Below are positions 1 through 8,148 of a DNA stretch of 50,972 nt, piece after piece. Numbering within the stretch: the first letter of the stretch is position 1; every line of letters starts with the position of its first letter. The notes under the pieces were generated by a model that was given only the letters and a program-made list of their open reading frames with translations, searched no databases and was not told the DNA's origin. The translations under genes and the position numbers were made by a program. Origin of the DNA: a virus (Duplodnaviria; Caudoviricetes); the IMG/VR virus record IMGVR_UViG_3300044631_002617, positions 1 through 50,972 of that record. The stretch is one strand, 5' to 3'.

Positions 1-127
1 CCTACAACCTGTTCCGCTCCCTCGCCAACCAGTTCCGCAGCAACGACAAGTCCGCCGTGCGCGACACCATGCTCGCGCTCGCCGAGATCGCCAAGATGCT
101 GCCCGGCACCCGCGTCGCTCCCAACAT
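1..127. repeat. Terminal direct repeat, copy 1 (assembly circularisation overlap)
   Basis: Identical to 50846-50972, and an ORF reads through the junction in frame. Confidence 0.97.
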
Positions 128-302
128 CGAGTGGACCGAGGACGGTCAGTACGCCAACGTGCGTGGCTCCCGCACCTGCCCCTCCTACCTGTCCGCCGCC
201 AACGAGCTCGACCCGGGCGCGCAGTTCACCGGGGACGACACGGACAGCAACCCCGCTGCCCCGACCCGTCGCCGTGCGCTCGTCAGCAAGTCCCGCAAGT
301 GA
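1..302 (+). CDS. 3' part of the junction-spanning protein starting at 50527
   Basis: Same frame as the 50527 ORF across the overlap, ends ...VSKSRK TGA. Confidence 0.8.
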   Translation, partial: YNLFRSLANQFRSNDKSAVRDTMLALAEIAKMLPGTRVAPNIEWTEDGQYANVRGSRTCPSYLSAANELDPGAQFTGDDTDSNPAAPTRRRALVSKSRK

Positions 303-319
303 TGCCCCATCCACTCGCT

Positions 320-355
320 CCCCCACCAGCCTCTGCTTCGGCACGCTGGTGGGGG
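320..355 (+). terminator. Hairpin whose stem is two inverted copies of the GCTGGTGGGG motif
   Basis: CCCCCACCAGC...TGC-TTCG-GCA...GCTGGTGGGGG just after a stop codon. No strong U-tract. Confidence 0.55.
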
Positions 356-379
356 ACGGGCTTCCCGAAAGGAGCAACC

Positions 380-988
380 ATGTCACCCGAGACTCAGCCT
401 GACCTCCCGTCCCTCGTCGTCGCCGCTCTCCTCGTCCCCCTGCCTATGTCCTCGTGGCTCGTCCACCACTCCGCTGTCGAGGTGTCCGCACAGCCCACGT
501 GGATGGACAACGCCACCGACGACCACCGTCCCTACTTCACCGCCCCCAACCACGACACCCTCTCCGACCCCGTCGTCCTCCCCAGCGAGGAGCCCGACTC
601 CACGCACTCCGAGTTCTCCTTCCGTGCCGCATGGGAGATCACCCGATCCGTCGAGCACCTCCCGCCCGCATGGCGATCCGTCTACCGCAAGTGGAATCGC
701 ACGCTCTCCGAGGAGCACGACCTGTCCATGTCATCCGGCGGAGCGCACCGTTACACACGCCTGCACGACACCATCGTCCGCACGCCGCCCACCCCACCAA
801 CCCCAGCCACCATCGAACTCGGCATGTCGCGCTCCCACTCGCGCCGTCGCCAGTTCCGCTCCGCCCTCTACCGCCGTCTAGGCATCGTGCGCTGCCCGCG
901 TACCAACCAGTTCGCCCGTGACCCCGACTCGTCCTGGACCAGCCACGGTCCGCTCGACCGGCGCGTCCGCTGGGCACGACCCGCCTGA
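380..988 (+). CDS. Hypothetical early protein
   Basis: AAGGAG RBS, ATG at 380, C-ending codon usage. Confidence 0.65.
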   Translation: MSPETQPDLPSLVVAALLVPLPMSSWLVHHSAVEVSAQPTWMDNATDDHRPYFTAPNHDTLSDPVVLPSEEPDSTHSEFSFRAAWEITRSVEHLPPAWRSVYRKWNRTLSEEHDLSMSSGGAHRYTRLHDTIVRTPPTPPTPATIELGMSRSHSRRRQFRSALYRRLGIVRCPRTNQFARDPDSSWTSHGPLDRRVRWARPA

Positions 989-1011
989 CCACCACCGCGC
1001 AACTCCTTTCA

Positions 1012-1053
1012 CCCTGTCAGCGTCTGACCCGGCGCTGGCAGGGTTTCTCTTTT
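1012..1053 (+). terminator. Intrinsic terminator
   Basis: CCCTGTCAGCGTC/GGCGCTGGCAGGG stem followed by TTTCTCTTTT. Confidence 0.75.
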
Positions 1054-1077
1054 ACCCCACCGAACCCCGAGGTAGCC

Positions 1078-1368
1078 ATGACAACATCGACCCCCGACCC
1101 CGGACCAGGCCGCTTCTCCGTCTTCTGTGCCTTCGACCCGCACGGCAGGCCCATGCAACTGTGGATGACGCCGGACAAGTACATGCCCGAACTCGTCTGC
1201 GACGACTACCCCATCCCCGATCACCACATCACCAGCCGACTCCTCATCTCCACCAACTCCTTCGCCGAAGCAGCACGCTGCTGGGAAGACAACGCCCGAG
1301 TCCTCCGTCACTTCGCAACCACCTACCACGTCTCCGTCACCACCCTCAATCAATACCTGGAGCACTGA
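1078..1368 (+). CDS. Hypothetical protein
   Basis: GAGGT RBS, typical codon usage. Confidence 0.75.
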   Translation: MTTSTPDPGPGRFSVFCAFDPHGRPMQLWMTPDKYMPELVCDDYPIPDHHITSRLLISTNSFAEAARCWEDNARVLRHFATTYHVSVTTLNQYLEH

Positions 1369-1371
1369 ACC

Positions 1372-2148
1372 ATGCCGTCCCCCACCAACCGCCTCTACCT
1401 CCACGCCGGCGCATCCGAGATCGCCTTCGATGACCTCGCCATGATCGTGCCGCCCGACCCGACCCCCTCGTGGCACCCCATCCCGCACGCCAGCTACGTC
1501 ACCGCCATCCGCGACTCCATCTCCATGCTCGGCGGTCGCATCACCTCCGAAACCCTCGCCATCAAGCCCGGCAAGACCGGTGCCGACAAGCTCTTCGGCC
1601 TCATCGAGTTCGAGCACCCGCGCATCACGCCCCGCCCATCGGGCACCGTTGGCTTCGGCTTCCGCGGCTCCTGGGACAAGACCTTCGCGCAGTCCGGCAT
1701 GCTCTCGTTCCGCACCTTCATCTGCGACAACATGGCCATGTCCGGCGGCGACGCCATCTCGTTCCACCGCAAGAACACGCCCGGTCTCGCCGACAACTAC
1801 GAGACCACCATCGCCACGGCCATGATCGACTTCATCTCCCACGCCAACCGCTTCGTCACCACCCTCAACAACTTCGACACCGTCCCCCTCCCCGACACCC
1901 GTGAGTTCATCGACACCACTGCCTGCGCTCTCGCCGATGCCGGCGCCGTCCTCTGGCAGAATGTCCCCCACCTGCGCCGCGAACTGTCCAACCCCGCCGG
2001 TCCCGCCGGCCTCTTCCCGCAGCGCGAAGCCGGCCTCACCAAGGGCCTCGTCCTGCAGGCCGTGACCGAAGTCGAGAAGCGTTCCCTCAACGCCCTGTCC
2101 ACCGTCGACCGCATGCAAGCGGCCACTTCCTACCTCGCCACCCTCTAA
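1372..2148 (+). CDS. DUF932/DUF945-family protein
   Basis: GSWDKTFA...FRTFICDNMAMSG resembles the NSHD...FRxVCxNG signature, plus a PIPH motif. Confidence 0.7.
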   Translation: MPSPTNRLYLHAGASEIAFDDLAMIVPPDPTPSWHPIPHASYVTAIRDSISMLGGRITSETLAIKPGKTGADKLFGLIEFEHPRITPRPSGTVGFGFRGSWDKTFAQSGMLSFRTFICDNMAMSGGDAISFHRKNTPGLADNYETTIATAMIDFISHANRFVTTLNNFDTVPLPDTREFIDTTACALADAGAVLWQNVPHLRRELSNPAGPAGLFPQREAGLTKGLVLQAVTEVEKRSLNALSTVDRMQAATSYLATL

Positions 2149-2161
2149 CCCGGAGTCTCAC

Positions 2162-2413
2162 ATGAACAAGGAAACCATCGACAACATCCGCTGCGTCCTC
2201 CGCAACAACAACGACTACTACTGGGATCGCCCGAAGCTCGACAAGATCAGCAAGGAAATGGCCGAGTACTCCGAGAAGTACTTCAAGCTCGCCATGAAGT
2301 GGATCGAACTGAACGACGCGCTCACCCGTGCGCTCGAAGTCATCGAGCAGCAGCGTGCCCGCATCGTCGAACTCGAGAACGACCTGTGCCTGCCCGACCA
2401 GAAGGAGAACTGA
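2162..2413 (+). CDS. Hypothetical coiled-coil protein
   Basis: GGAG RBS, heptad-like C-terminus. Confidence 0.75.
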   Translation: MNKETIDNIRCVLRNNNDYYWDRPKLDKISKEMAEYSEKYFKLAMKWIELNDALTRALEVIEQQRARIVELENDLCLPDQKEN

Positions 2414-3021
2414 TGTCCACTACCTACGCCACCCGCACCCGTCCGTTCACCTGCCCGCACCCCATCTCCTCGCTCCAGTCCGAGGCCATCGCCCGTCGTG
2501 CCGAGTTCACCAAGGCCCGTCGTGCCCGCATCGCTGAACTGGTCGAGTCCGCACCGCCCGAAGACCGCGACGAGTTCTACTGGACCATGATCTACGACCT
2601 GGAGCAGGCACCCAAGACCACGGGCCGGGCCCAGCTCCTCGAGTTCGGCATCGTCCCCGTTCCGCCGCAGGAACTGAACAACCCCACCGACCTGCACGAC
2701 GAACTGTGGACGGTCATGGAAGCCCTGTCCCGTGCCGGCATCTACCTCGTCAACACGGATCACCTCACCGACTCCGACCTCTACTCCCGCCTGTACTACC
2801 GCATCCTCGACGAGCCGTGCCAGATGATGCCGCCCGAAGCGGAGTGCGCCGAGTACATCGACGTCCTCCACCCGCTCGACACGGAGTACCCGCTCGGCCG
2901 CGCCCTCTCCAACCGTGGCCCCGCCATCTGCAACCCCGACGTCCCGTACCAGCGTGGCCCCATCTGCACTCTGTCCGGTTGCCTGTCCAACCGCGACACT
3001 TACCTCCCCTCCCGCGTCTAA
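2413..3021 (+). CDS. Conserved hypothetical protein, bacterial-like
   Basis: AAGGAG RBS, TGATG coupling, motifs LHDELW...IYLVNTDHLTDSDLY...EYID...RDTYLP. Confidence 0.8.
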   Translation: MSTTYATRTRPFTCPHPISSLQSEAIARRAEFTKARRARIAELVESAPPEDRDEFYWTMIYDLEQAPKTTGRAQLLEFGIVPVPPQELNNPTDLHDELWTVMEALSRAGIYLVNTDHLTDSDLYSRLYYRILDEPCQMMPPEAECAEYIDVLHPLDTEYPLGRALSNRGPAICNPDVPYQRGPICTLSGCLSNRDTYLPSRV

Positions 3022-3415
3022 CCATACGGGGGCAGGCATGGTTCTCTGACGTGGATGCCCCGGCATGTGCCGGCCATTGCACCATGACCTGCCCCCACCA
3101 AGCCATGGGATATTGCTGCTGTCCGTACTAGTAGGACGGCCTTGCCTTTCCCATGAACACCATGCGTCCTGGCGTTGCCAGGGAGCGGACCCCGTGTCCG
3201 TACGCATGGAGACCGTCAGTGCCATAGATCCTCCGTCTGGCCCACGGTGTGTTGGCATTGACGTCGGTATCCCCCAGCCAACCGCCCTCCTCTGAGCGTC
3301 CATGCCTCTGCTAGCTCCCTGCCGTGATATCCGCGCACAGCTTCCGCAAGCTACTAGTGTCCACCACGATAAGGCTCTGGCTGGTGGGGTACATTCATCA
3401 ACCCCGAGGTCCCAC
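3022..3415 (+). ncRNA. Candidate structured non-coding RNA or long structured leader
   Basis: Intergenic gap with at least six consecutive stems. G-U wobbles favour the + strand. Confidence 0.55.
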
Positions 3416-4090
3416 ATGCAACTCACGCTTCTCCCCACCAAGCCGTCATGCACGGCGTGCGATCTCCATTCCGCCGCGAAGAACGTCGGCATCCCCTCCC
3501 GCCATCTCCCCACCAGCCTGCCGTCTGACCCCACCAACCCGGTCGTCATCGTCATTGGCATGAACCCCGGCACGCAGGAGGACAGGCAAGGCGAGTGCTG
3601 GATCGGTCCCTCCGGCCAGCTCCTGTCCGGCCCGTACCTCGCTGGCTCCGGCGTCGACAACCTCGCCACCATCTACCTCTGCAACGTGGCCCGATGCGTC
3701 TCGCCCGGTGGCAAGCCCAAGCCCGCGCACTACCGCACCTGTTTCAACAACACCCTGCTTGACATCACCACGATCCTGGACCATCATCACGCCGCGTCCG
3801 CCCGTGCCATCCTCTGCGCCGGCGCTGACCCCGTTACATACCTGAGCCGCACGTGGGGCAAGCGTGCCATGTCCCAGCAAGAAGCGTTCCGCGCACAGGG
3901 CATGGCAATCCCGACCCTCCCGCGCACCCACTTCTTCGCCACCTACCACCCGGCCGCAGTCCTCCGGGAGCCCGGTCTCATCCATCCCGTCGCCGACCAC
4001 ATGGCCTTGCTCGCCAACTTCCTGACCGGCGACCTGGCCCGTCCGTCCGCACCCCTCATCCGCACCCCATTCCTCCCGAGGACCACATGA
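3416..4090 (+). CDS. Uracil-DNA glycosylase superfamily, family-4-like
   Basis: CTAC Fe-S motif, GMNPG-x-QED...IGPSGQLL, NVARC, TYHPAAVLR. Confidence 0.9.
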   Translation: MQLTLLPTKPSCTACDLHSAAKNVGIPSRHLPTSLPSDPTNPVVIVIGMNPGTQEDRQGECWIGPSGQLLSGPYLAGSGVDNLATIYLCNVARCVSPGGKPKPAHYRTCFNNTLLDITTILDHHHAASARAILCAGADPVTYLSRTWGKRAMSQQEAFRAQGMAIPTLPRTHFFATYHPAAVLREPGLIHPVADHMALLANFLTGDLARPSAPLIRTPFLPRTT

Positions 4091-4380
4091 ACCTGAGCCC
4101 CGCCGACCTCTCCACCATGCGCCAAGCCCTCGTCGACCTCCGCACGCAGATCGAGGAGACCGGACCCTGCGATCACCCCGTCAACATCTGCGTGTGCGGA
4201 CTCCGCACCACCTACAAGAACCTCGGCTCCCTCTTCTACCGCATCACCGATGGGCAGGTCGGTTTCGTCCCCGAACCGCAGTTCATCGACCTCGAGCAGA
4301 TGACCCGCAACATCCTCGGCATCAAGCCCGACGCCGACACTGCCAACACCGCCTTCCGCAAGGGAACCATCAATGACTGA
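4087..4380 (+). CDS. Hypothetical protein
   Basis: GAGGA RBS, ATGA overlap, CDHPVNICVC motif. Confidence 0.75.
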   Translation: MNLSPADLSTMRQALVDLRTQIEETGPCDHPVNICVCGLRTTYKNLGSLFYRITDGQVGFVPEPQFIDLEQMTRNILGIKPDADTANTAFRKGTIND

Positions 4381-4609
4381 ACGCGACCACGAATACGAAC
4401 ATCTCCGTCAGCTGGTGGGGTGGACCGTCTCGCACCCTGTCCGCATCAACCACGGCGACGACGACGACGGGATCTACGAACCCTTCTACGGCCTGGTCCT
4501 CACGCATCCGGACAACAAGAAGCACCAACTCCTTGTCACCATCCAGTGCGACCCCGAAGGCAACGGCCCCGGCCACCTCGCCATCGAGAAGGAGAAGTAC
4601 GGCACATGA
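4373..4609 (+). CDS. Hypothetical protein
   Basis: Coupled ORF containing DPEGNGPG. Confidence 0.75.
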   Translation: MTERDHEYEHLRQLVGWTVSHPVRINHGDDDDGIYEPFYGLVLTHPDNKKHQLLVTIQCDPEGNGPGHLAIEKEKYGT

Positions 4610-4785
4610 CCGACCACGAGAAGGACATCGAGAACCTGCGCCTGCAGATCGACATCCTCCGCGCCGAGCGCGACGAGGCGAGGCGTATGTATTGCGGGCG
4701 GGTATCCCGCGATGTGCCGCTTGATGCGTTTGATATTGCGAAGAACCACGGCTGGGATTGCTTCCCGCAGGAGGACGGCAAGTGA
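4606..4785 (+). CDS. Small ERDEARR...GWDCF protein
   Basis: ATGA overlap and GGAG RBS. Confidence 0.75.
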   Translation: MTDHEKDIENLRLQIDILRAERDEARRMYCGRVSRDVPLDAFDIAKNHGWDCFPQEDGK

Positions 4786-5066
4786 GCAAGAAGAAGCCAA
4801 AGACGATTGATGCTTCCTGCCCCGTTACGTTGATGGGGTGCGAAGGAGAAGTGATCGTAGAGATGACTCCGACCGAGGCAGTTTTGATGATCGAAAAGGC
4901 ATGGCAGGAAAACAAGCGACTGCGGCAGGAGAACGCAACCATCACCGCCGAGCGTGACAGGGCAAGGCGTATGTGCTGTTTGTTTCAGTCGCGGCTGCTT
5001 GGATCCGAACCGCTTTGGTGGGCAAAGAAGCAGGAGTGGAATTGCTTTACGGAGGAACAGCCGTGA
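4782..5066 (+). CDS. Small ERDRARR...WNCF protein, paralogue of the previous gene
   Basis: GTGA overlap, GGAGG RBS, shared C-terminal motif. Confidence 0.75.
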   Translation: MSKKKPKTIDASCPVTLMGCEGEVIVEMTPTEAVLMIEKAWQENKRLRQENATITAERDRARRMCCLFQSRLLGSEPLWWAKKQEWNCFTEEQP

Positions 5067-5233
5067 ACGACCACGACCTACTCAACTGGTTGATGCGCAC
5101 GGATGGCAGGTCGCAAAGCGTCAACATGATCGCGGCCGAACGCATCCGTGAACTAAAACGCGAACTCAACCGCGCCAACCAGCGCATTGGCCTGTTCCAG
5201 CACCACGCATCCAAGAAGAAGGCGAAGCGATGA
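5063..5233 (+). CDS. Hypothetical protein
   Basis: GTGA overlap, GGAGG RBS. Confidence 0.7.
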   Translation: MNDHDLLNWLMRTDGRSQSVNMIAAERIRELKRELNRANQRIGLFQHHASKKKAKR

Positions 5234-5442
5234 GCAAGGAGAATGAGGAACGAGCAGCCCGTGCGCAGCGCGCAATCGTCGCGTACATCGACAGCAACGA
5301 GGAGACGCGACACGTCGAGCTGCACGACGAGGCAACCCTGTCAGACCTGATCGCCGACGCGATGCACCTGTTCGGAAAGCACGCGGTCCTCGAAGCGGTT
5401 CACCGTGCGGAACTCCACTACAAGGAAGAGATCGGAAGATGA
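5230..5442 (+). CDS. Hypothetical protein
   Basis: ATGA overlap, LSDLIADAMH motif. Confidence 0.75.
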   Translation: MSKENEERAARAQRAIVAYIDSNEETRHVELHDEATLSDLIADAMHLFGKHAVLEAVHRAELHYKEEIGR

Positions 5443-5675
5443 GCACTCCCGCATCCGACAAGGTTCACGGGCCGAGCGGACATTGGACGCTGGACAAGCA
5501 ACTGATGTACCTCGTCGGGCTGTCAGAGGCGCTGGGCAACGTCACCCTCAGCGCTGCCCTTGTCCACGAAATCTGCGAGGCGTACAACTACTACCGCTTC
5601 CGCTCGGAGCGCATGGGCAACGAGATCGAAAAGCTCGAGGCGACCATCAAGAAACTCAAGGAGAAGAACAAGTGA
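5439..5675 (+). CDS. Hypothetical protein
   Basis: ATGA overlap. Confidence 0.7.
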   Translation: MSTPASDKVHGPSGHWTLDKQLMYLVGLSEALGNVTLSAALVHEICEAYNYYRFRSERMGNEIEKLEATIKKLKEKNK

Positions 5676-5863
5676 CTGACATCGTCAACCAACTTCGCAC
5701 CAACAGCGAGTGCCTTGCACCATCCATCATGCTTGCCGCTGCTGATGAGATCGAACGGCAGACACAGATCATCGTCACGCTGCGGCAGGAACTGAAGGAA
5801 GCGAAGGCTCGCAACACCATGTACCTCTCCAAGATCCAGGAGTACGAGGCCCGTGAGCAATAG
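5672..5863 (+). CDS. Hypothetical protein (DIVxxLR...AADEIER type)
   Basis: GTGA overlap, AAGGAG RBS. Confidence 0.7.
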   Translation: MTDIVNQLRTNSECLAPSIMLAAADEIERQTQIIVTLRQELKEAKARNTMYLSKIQEYEAREQ

Positions 5864-6065
5864 CGTCCACCAATTCACCACGCCCATCCCCGTCGTGACG
5901 TGCGATGGGCAGGACGGCTACGCCCTCTATGTCCGTGACGGCGGCACGTTCGAGAACGATGTGTGGTGCATCGCTCTCTGCAACGGCGGACACCTACGCC
6001 ACTACACCACGGCCCAACTGCGCGTCCACCAGAACATGACCTTCGAGATTCGGAAGACTCCATGA
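5853..6065 (+). CDS. Hypothetical protein
   Basis: Coupled to its neighbours on both sides. Confidence 0.7.
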   Translation: MSNSVHQFTTPIPVVTCDGQDGYALYVRDGGTFENDVWCIALCNGGHLRHYTTAQLRVHQNMTFEIRKTP

Positions 6066-8146
6066 CCAGCCCACGCATCATCTCCCTCGACATCGAGACC
6101 TACGGCGCAGCCGCCACCAACGGTCGGGGGCAGATGCTGCCGGCGCAGACAGTCTTTCATCCTGCACGGGCCATCGCCACGGATGGCGTTGCCCGCCAGG
6201 ATCTTGTGCTGACCTGCGCCATCACCGTTGCAGCAACCGAGCCACCCTACGAGGGACCCGCCGACATGTGGGATCTCGAGCGGGTTGCTGCCCTGCAGCC
6301 CGGCCCGACCTTCACCCTCAACCTGACCGACCCCACCAGCCACGACACTCTGCTGGCCTGGCTCCGCCATGCGCACACCATCGTCGGCATGAACCTGCCG
6401 TTCGACATCCTCTGGCTGCGCGCCTACACCCCGGCCCTTGCCCTCGCCCTCAACGGTCGGCACACCCTCATCGACCTGTCCGTCGTCAACTTCCTGCACT
6501 CCGAACTCCGGCCCGAGCGCAGCCTCAAGTCCCTTGGCCCCGTCCTCGGCACCCACTCCTACCGTGACGAAGCCACGCTCAAGGACGGTCGCCGGTTCCC
6601 TTCCCCCACCTGCCCAAACCTCCACGCGTACAACGCGCAGGACACGCACAACACCATGCTCGCCGTCGCACACCTGGCCCGGCGCATCCAGCGTGACTAC
6701 CCCAGCACGGACAAGCTCAGCTCCTACAGCGTCAACCACTTCAGCGACACGCTGTGGTCCACGATCCGCATGAGCGAGGCCGGCATTCCCTTCTCGCTGC
6801 CTGCACTCCGCACCCTCGAGGCCGACCTCATCAAGCAGGCAGACGACGCCACCAACTGCGCCGCTGCTGGTGGGGTACTCATCGAAGGCGAAGGCTCCGT
6901 CCAATCCCAGCGCGAGTTCATGGCCCGGTGCATCGAGGACATCCTCCCCACCAACCCTGACTTCCTGTCCCACCCCCTGCTCACCTACACCGAGAAAGCG
7001 AGGGAACTCTCGTGGTCCAGCGAGAACCGCAGGCTCATCGCGAGCCACCTGCCCGACTCTCACCCAGCCCGCACCATCTTCGAGTGTGCAGACAAACACA
7101 GCACGGCACAGAAGTTGGTGTCTTCCTACACATATCCGCTCTTGCGTCATCGCCGCACCAAGCCGGCCGACAAGTCGTCTGTCCTGCTCCCACTCACGAG
7201 CACGTCAGACATTGGCCTTGCCTACCCAACTTGGTATACAGTTCCCTCCGTACCAAAGGACTCAGGCTCTGAGGGCGGCACGATCCAAGCCCGGATCACC
7301 TGCAAGAACCCGGCGGCCCAGACTTTCCCCGCCGTCATCAAGGACTGCGAGACCAGCCGCTACCCCGGCGGCACCATCGTCTCCTTCGACCTGAGCCAGA
7401 TCGAGCTACGCGTCGCAGCCGTCCTGTCCGGCGAGCCCACCCTGCTCGCCGCCTTCAACGATGGCCTCGACCTGCACACCCAGCGCACCCTCGCCATCTT
7501 CGGGCAAGACGCGAAGGACCGCCCCGACTTCAAGTCCCTCCGTCAGATCGGTAAGACCGTGAACTTCGCCGACCTGTTCGGTGCGTCCGCGGCCCGCCTC
7601 CAGCGCAGCGTTCTCGACATGTCCGGCACCCTCTACCCCCTGTCCTTCTTCGACCAAATCGTTGCCAGCCGATACGCCCAACGACCTGGGCTGGTGGGGT
7701 GGCAGTACGCACTGTGCAAGCAGGCGGAATCAGCCGGCTACATCGAACTGCCGTACACCGGCCACACCCGCACCTTCACCAGCTTCCGGCTGGACGAACG
7801 GGCATGGCGCAGCAAGCGGGAACTGAAGCAGGTCCTCGCCCGTGGTGGCAAGAGCATGATCTCCGAAGTCTGCAACTTCCCGGTGCAGGCAACGGCGGGC
7901 AACGTCATGCTCGCCATCCAGAACTTCATTCACCGTGCGCTGGGTCCCATCACGAACCCCACCAGCCACAGGCAACCGCAGCTGTTCCTCCAGGTCTACG
8001 ACGCCCTGTACTTCGACTGCCCGCCGGGCACCGAGGGTCAGGCAGCGGACCTCATGTGGGCAGCGGTGGAGTTTGTCGGCACCGCCGGTTACTGGCATGA
8101 GTTGTGCAAGCGTTCCGGTCATCACGCACCCCTTATCTACGAGTAG
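6062..8146 (+). CDS. polA: Family A DNA polymerase with 3'-5' exonuclease domain
   Basis: ExoI DIET, ExoII NLPFD, ExoIII YNAQD, motif A DLSQIELR, motif B RQIGKTVNFADLFG, NFPVQATA, motif C QVYDAL. Confidence 0.95.
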   Translation: MTSPRIISLDIETYGAAATNGRGQMLPAQTVFHPARAIATDGVARQDLVLTCAITVAATEPPYEGPADMWDLERVAALQPGPTFTLNLTDPTSHDTLLAWLRHAHTIVGMNLPFDILWLRAYTPALALALNGRHTLIDLSVVNFLHSELRPERSLKSLGPVLGTHSYRDEATLKDGRRFPSPTCPNLHAYNAQDTHNTMLAVAHLARRIQRDYPSTDKLSSYSVNHFSDTLWSTIRMSEAGIPFSLPALRTLEADLIKQADDATNCAAAGGVLIEGEGSVQSQREFMARCIEDILPTNPDFLSHPLLTYTEKARELSWSSENRRLIASHLPDSHPARTIFECADKHSTAQKLVSSYTYPLLRHRRTKPADKSSVLLPLTSTSDIGLAYPTWYTVPSVPKDSGSEGGTIQARITCKNPAAQTFPAVIKDCETSRYPGGTIVSFDLSQIELRVAAVLSGEPTLLAAFNDGLDLHTQRTLAIFGQDAKDRPDFKSLRQIGKTVNFADLFGASAARLQRSVLDMSGTLYPLSFFDQIVASRYAQRPGLVGWQYALCKQAESAGYIELPYTGHTRTFTSFRLDERAWRSKRELKQVLARGGKSMISEVCNFPVQATAGNVMLAIQNFIHRALGPITNPTSHRQPQLFLQVYDALYFDCPPGTEGQAADLMWAAVEFVGTAGYWHELCKRSGHHAPLIYE

Positions 8147-8148
8147 CC

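Noticed and set aside
3022-3415. tRNA, tmRNA or hammerhead ribozyme, or ORFs 3065-3295 and the 3302 extension of UDG
   Set aside because: No T-loop/CCA cloverleaf or CUGANGA-GAAA core is visible. The ORFs have atypical codons, and the UDG RBS points to 3416.
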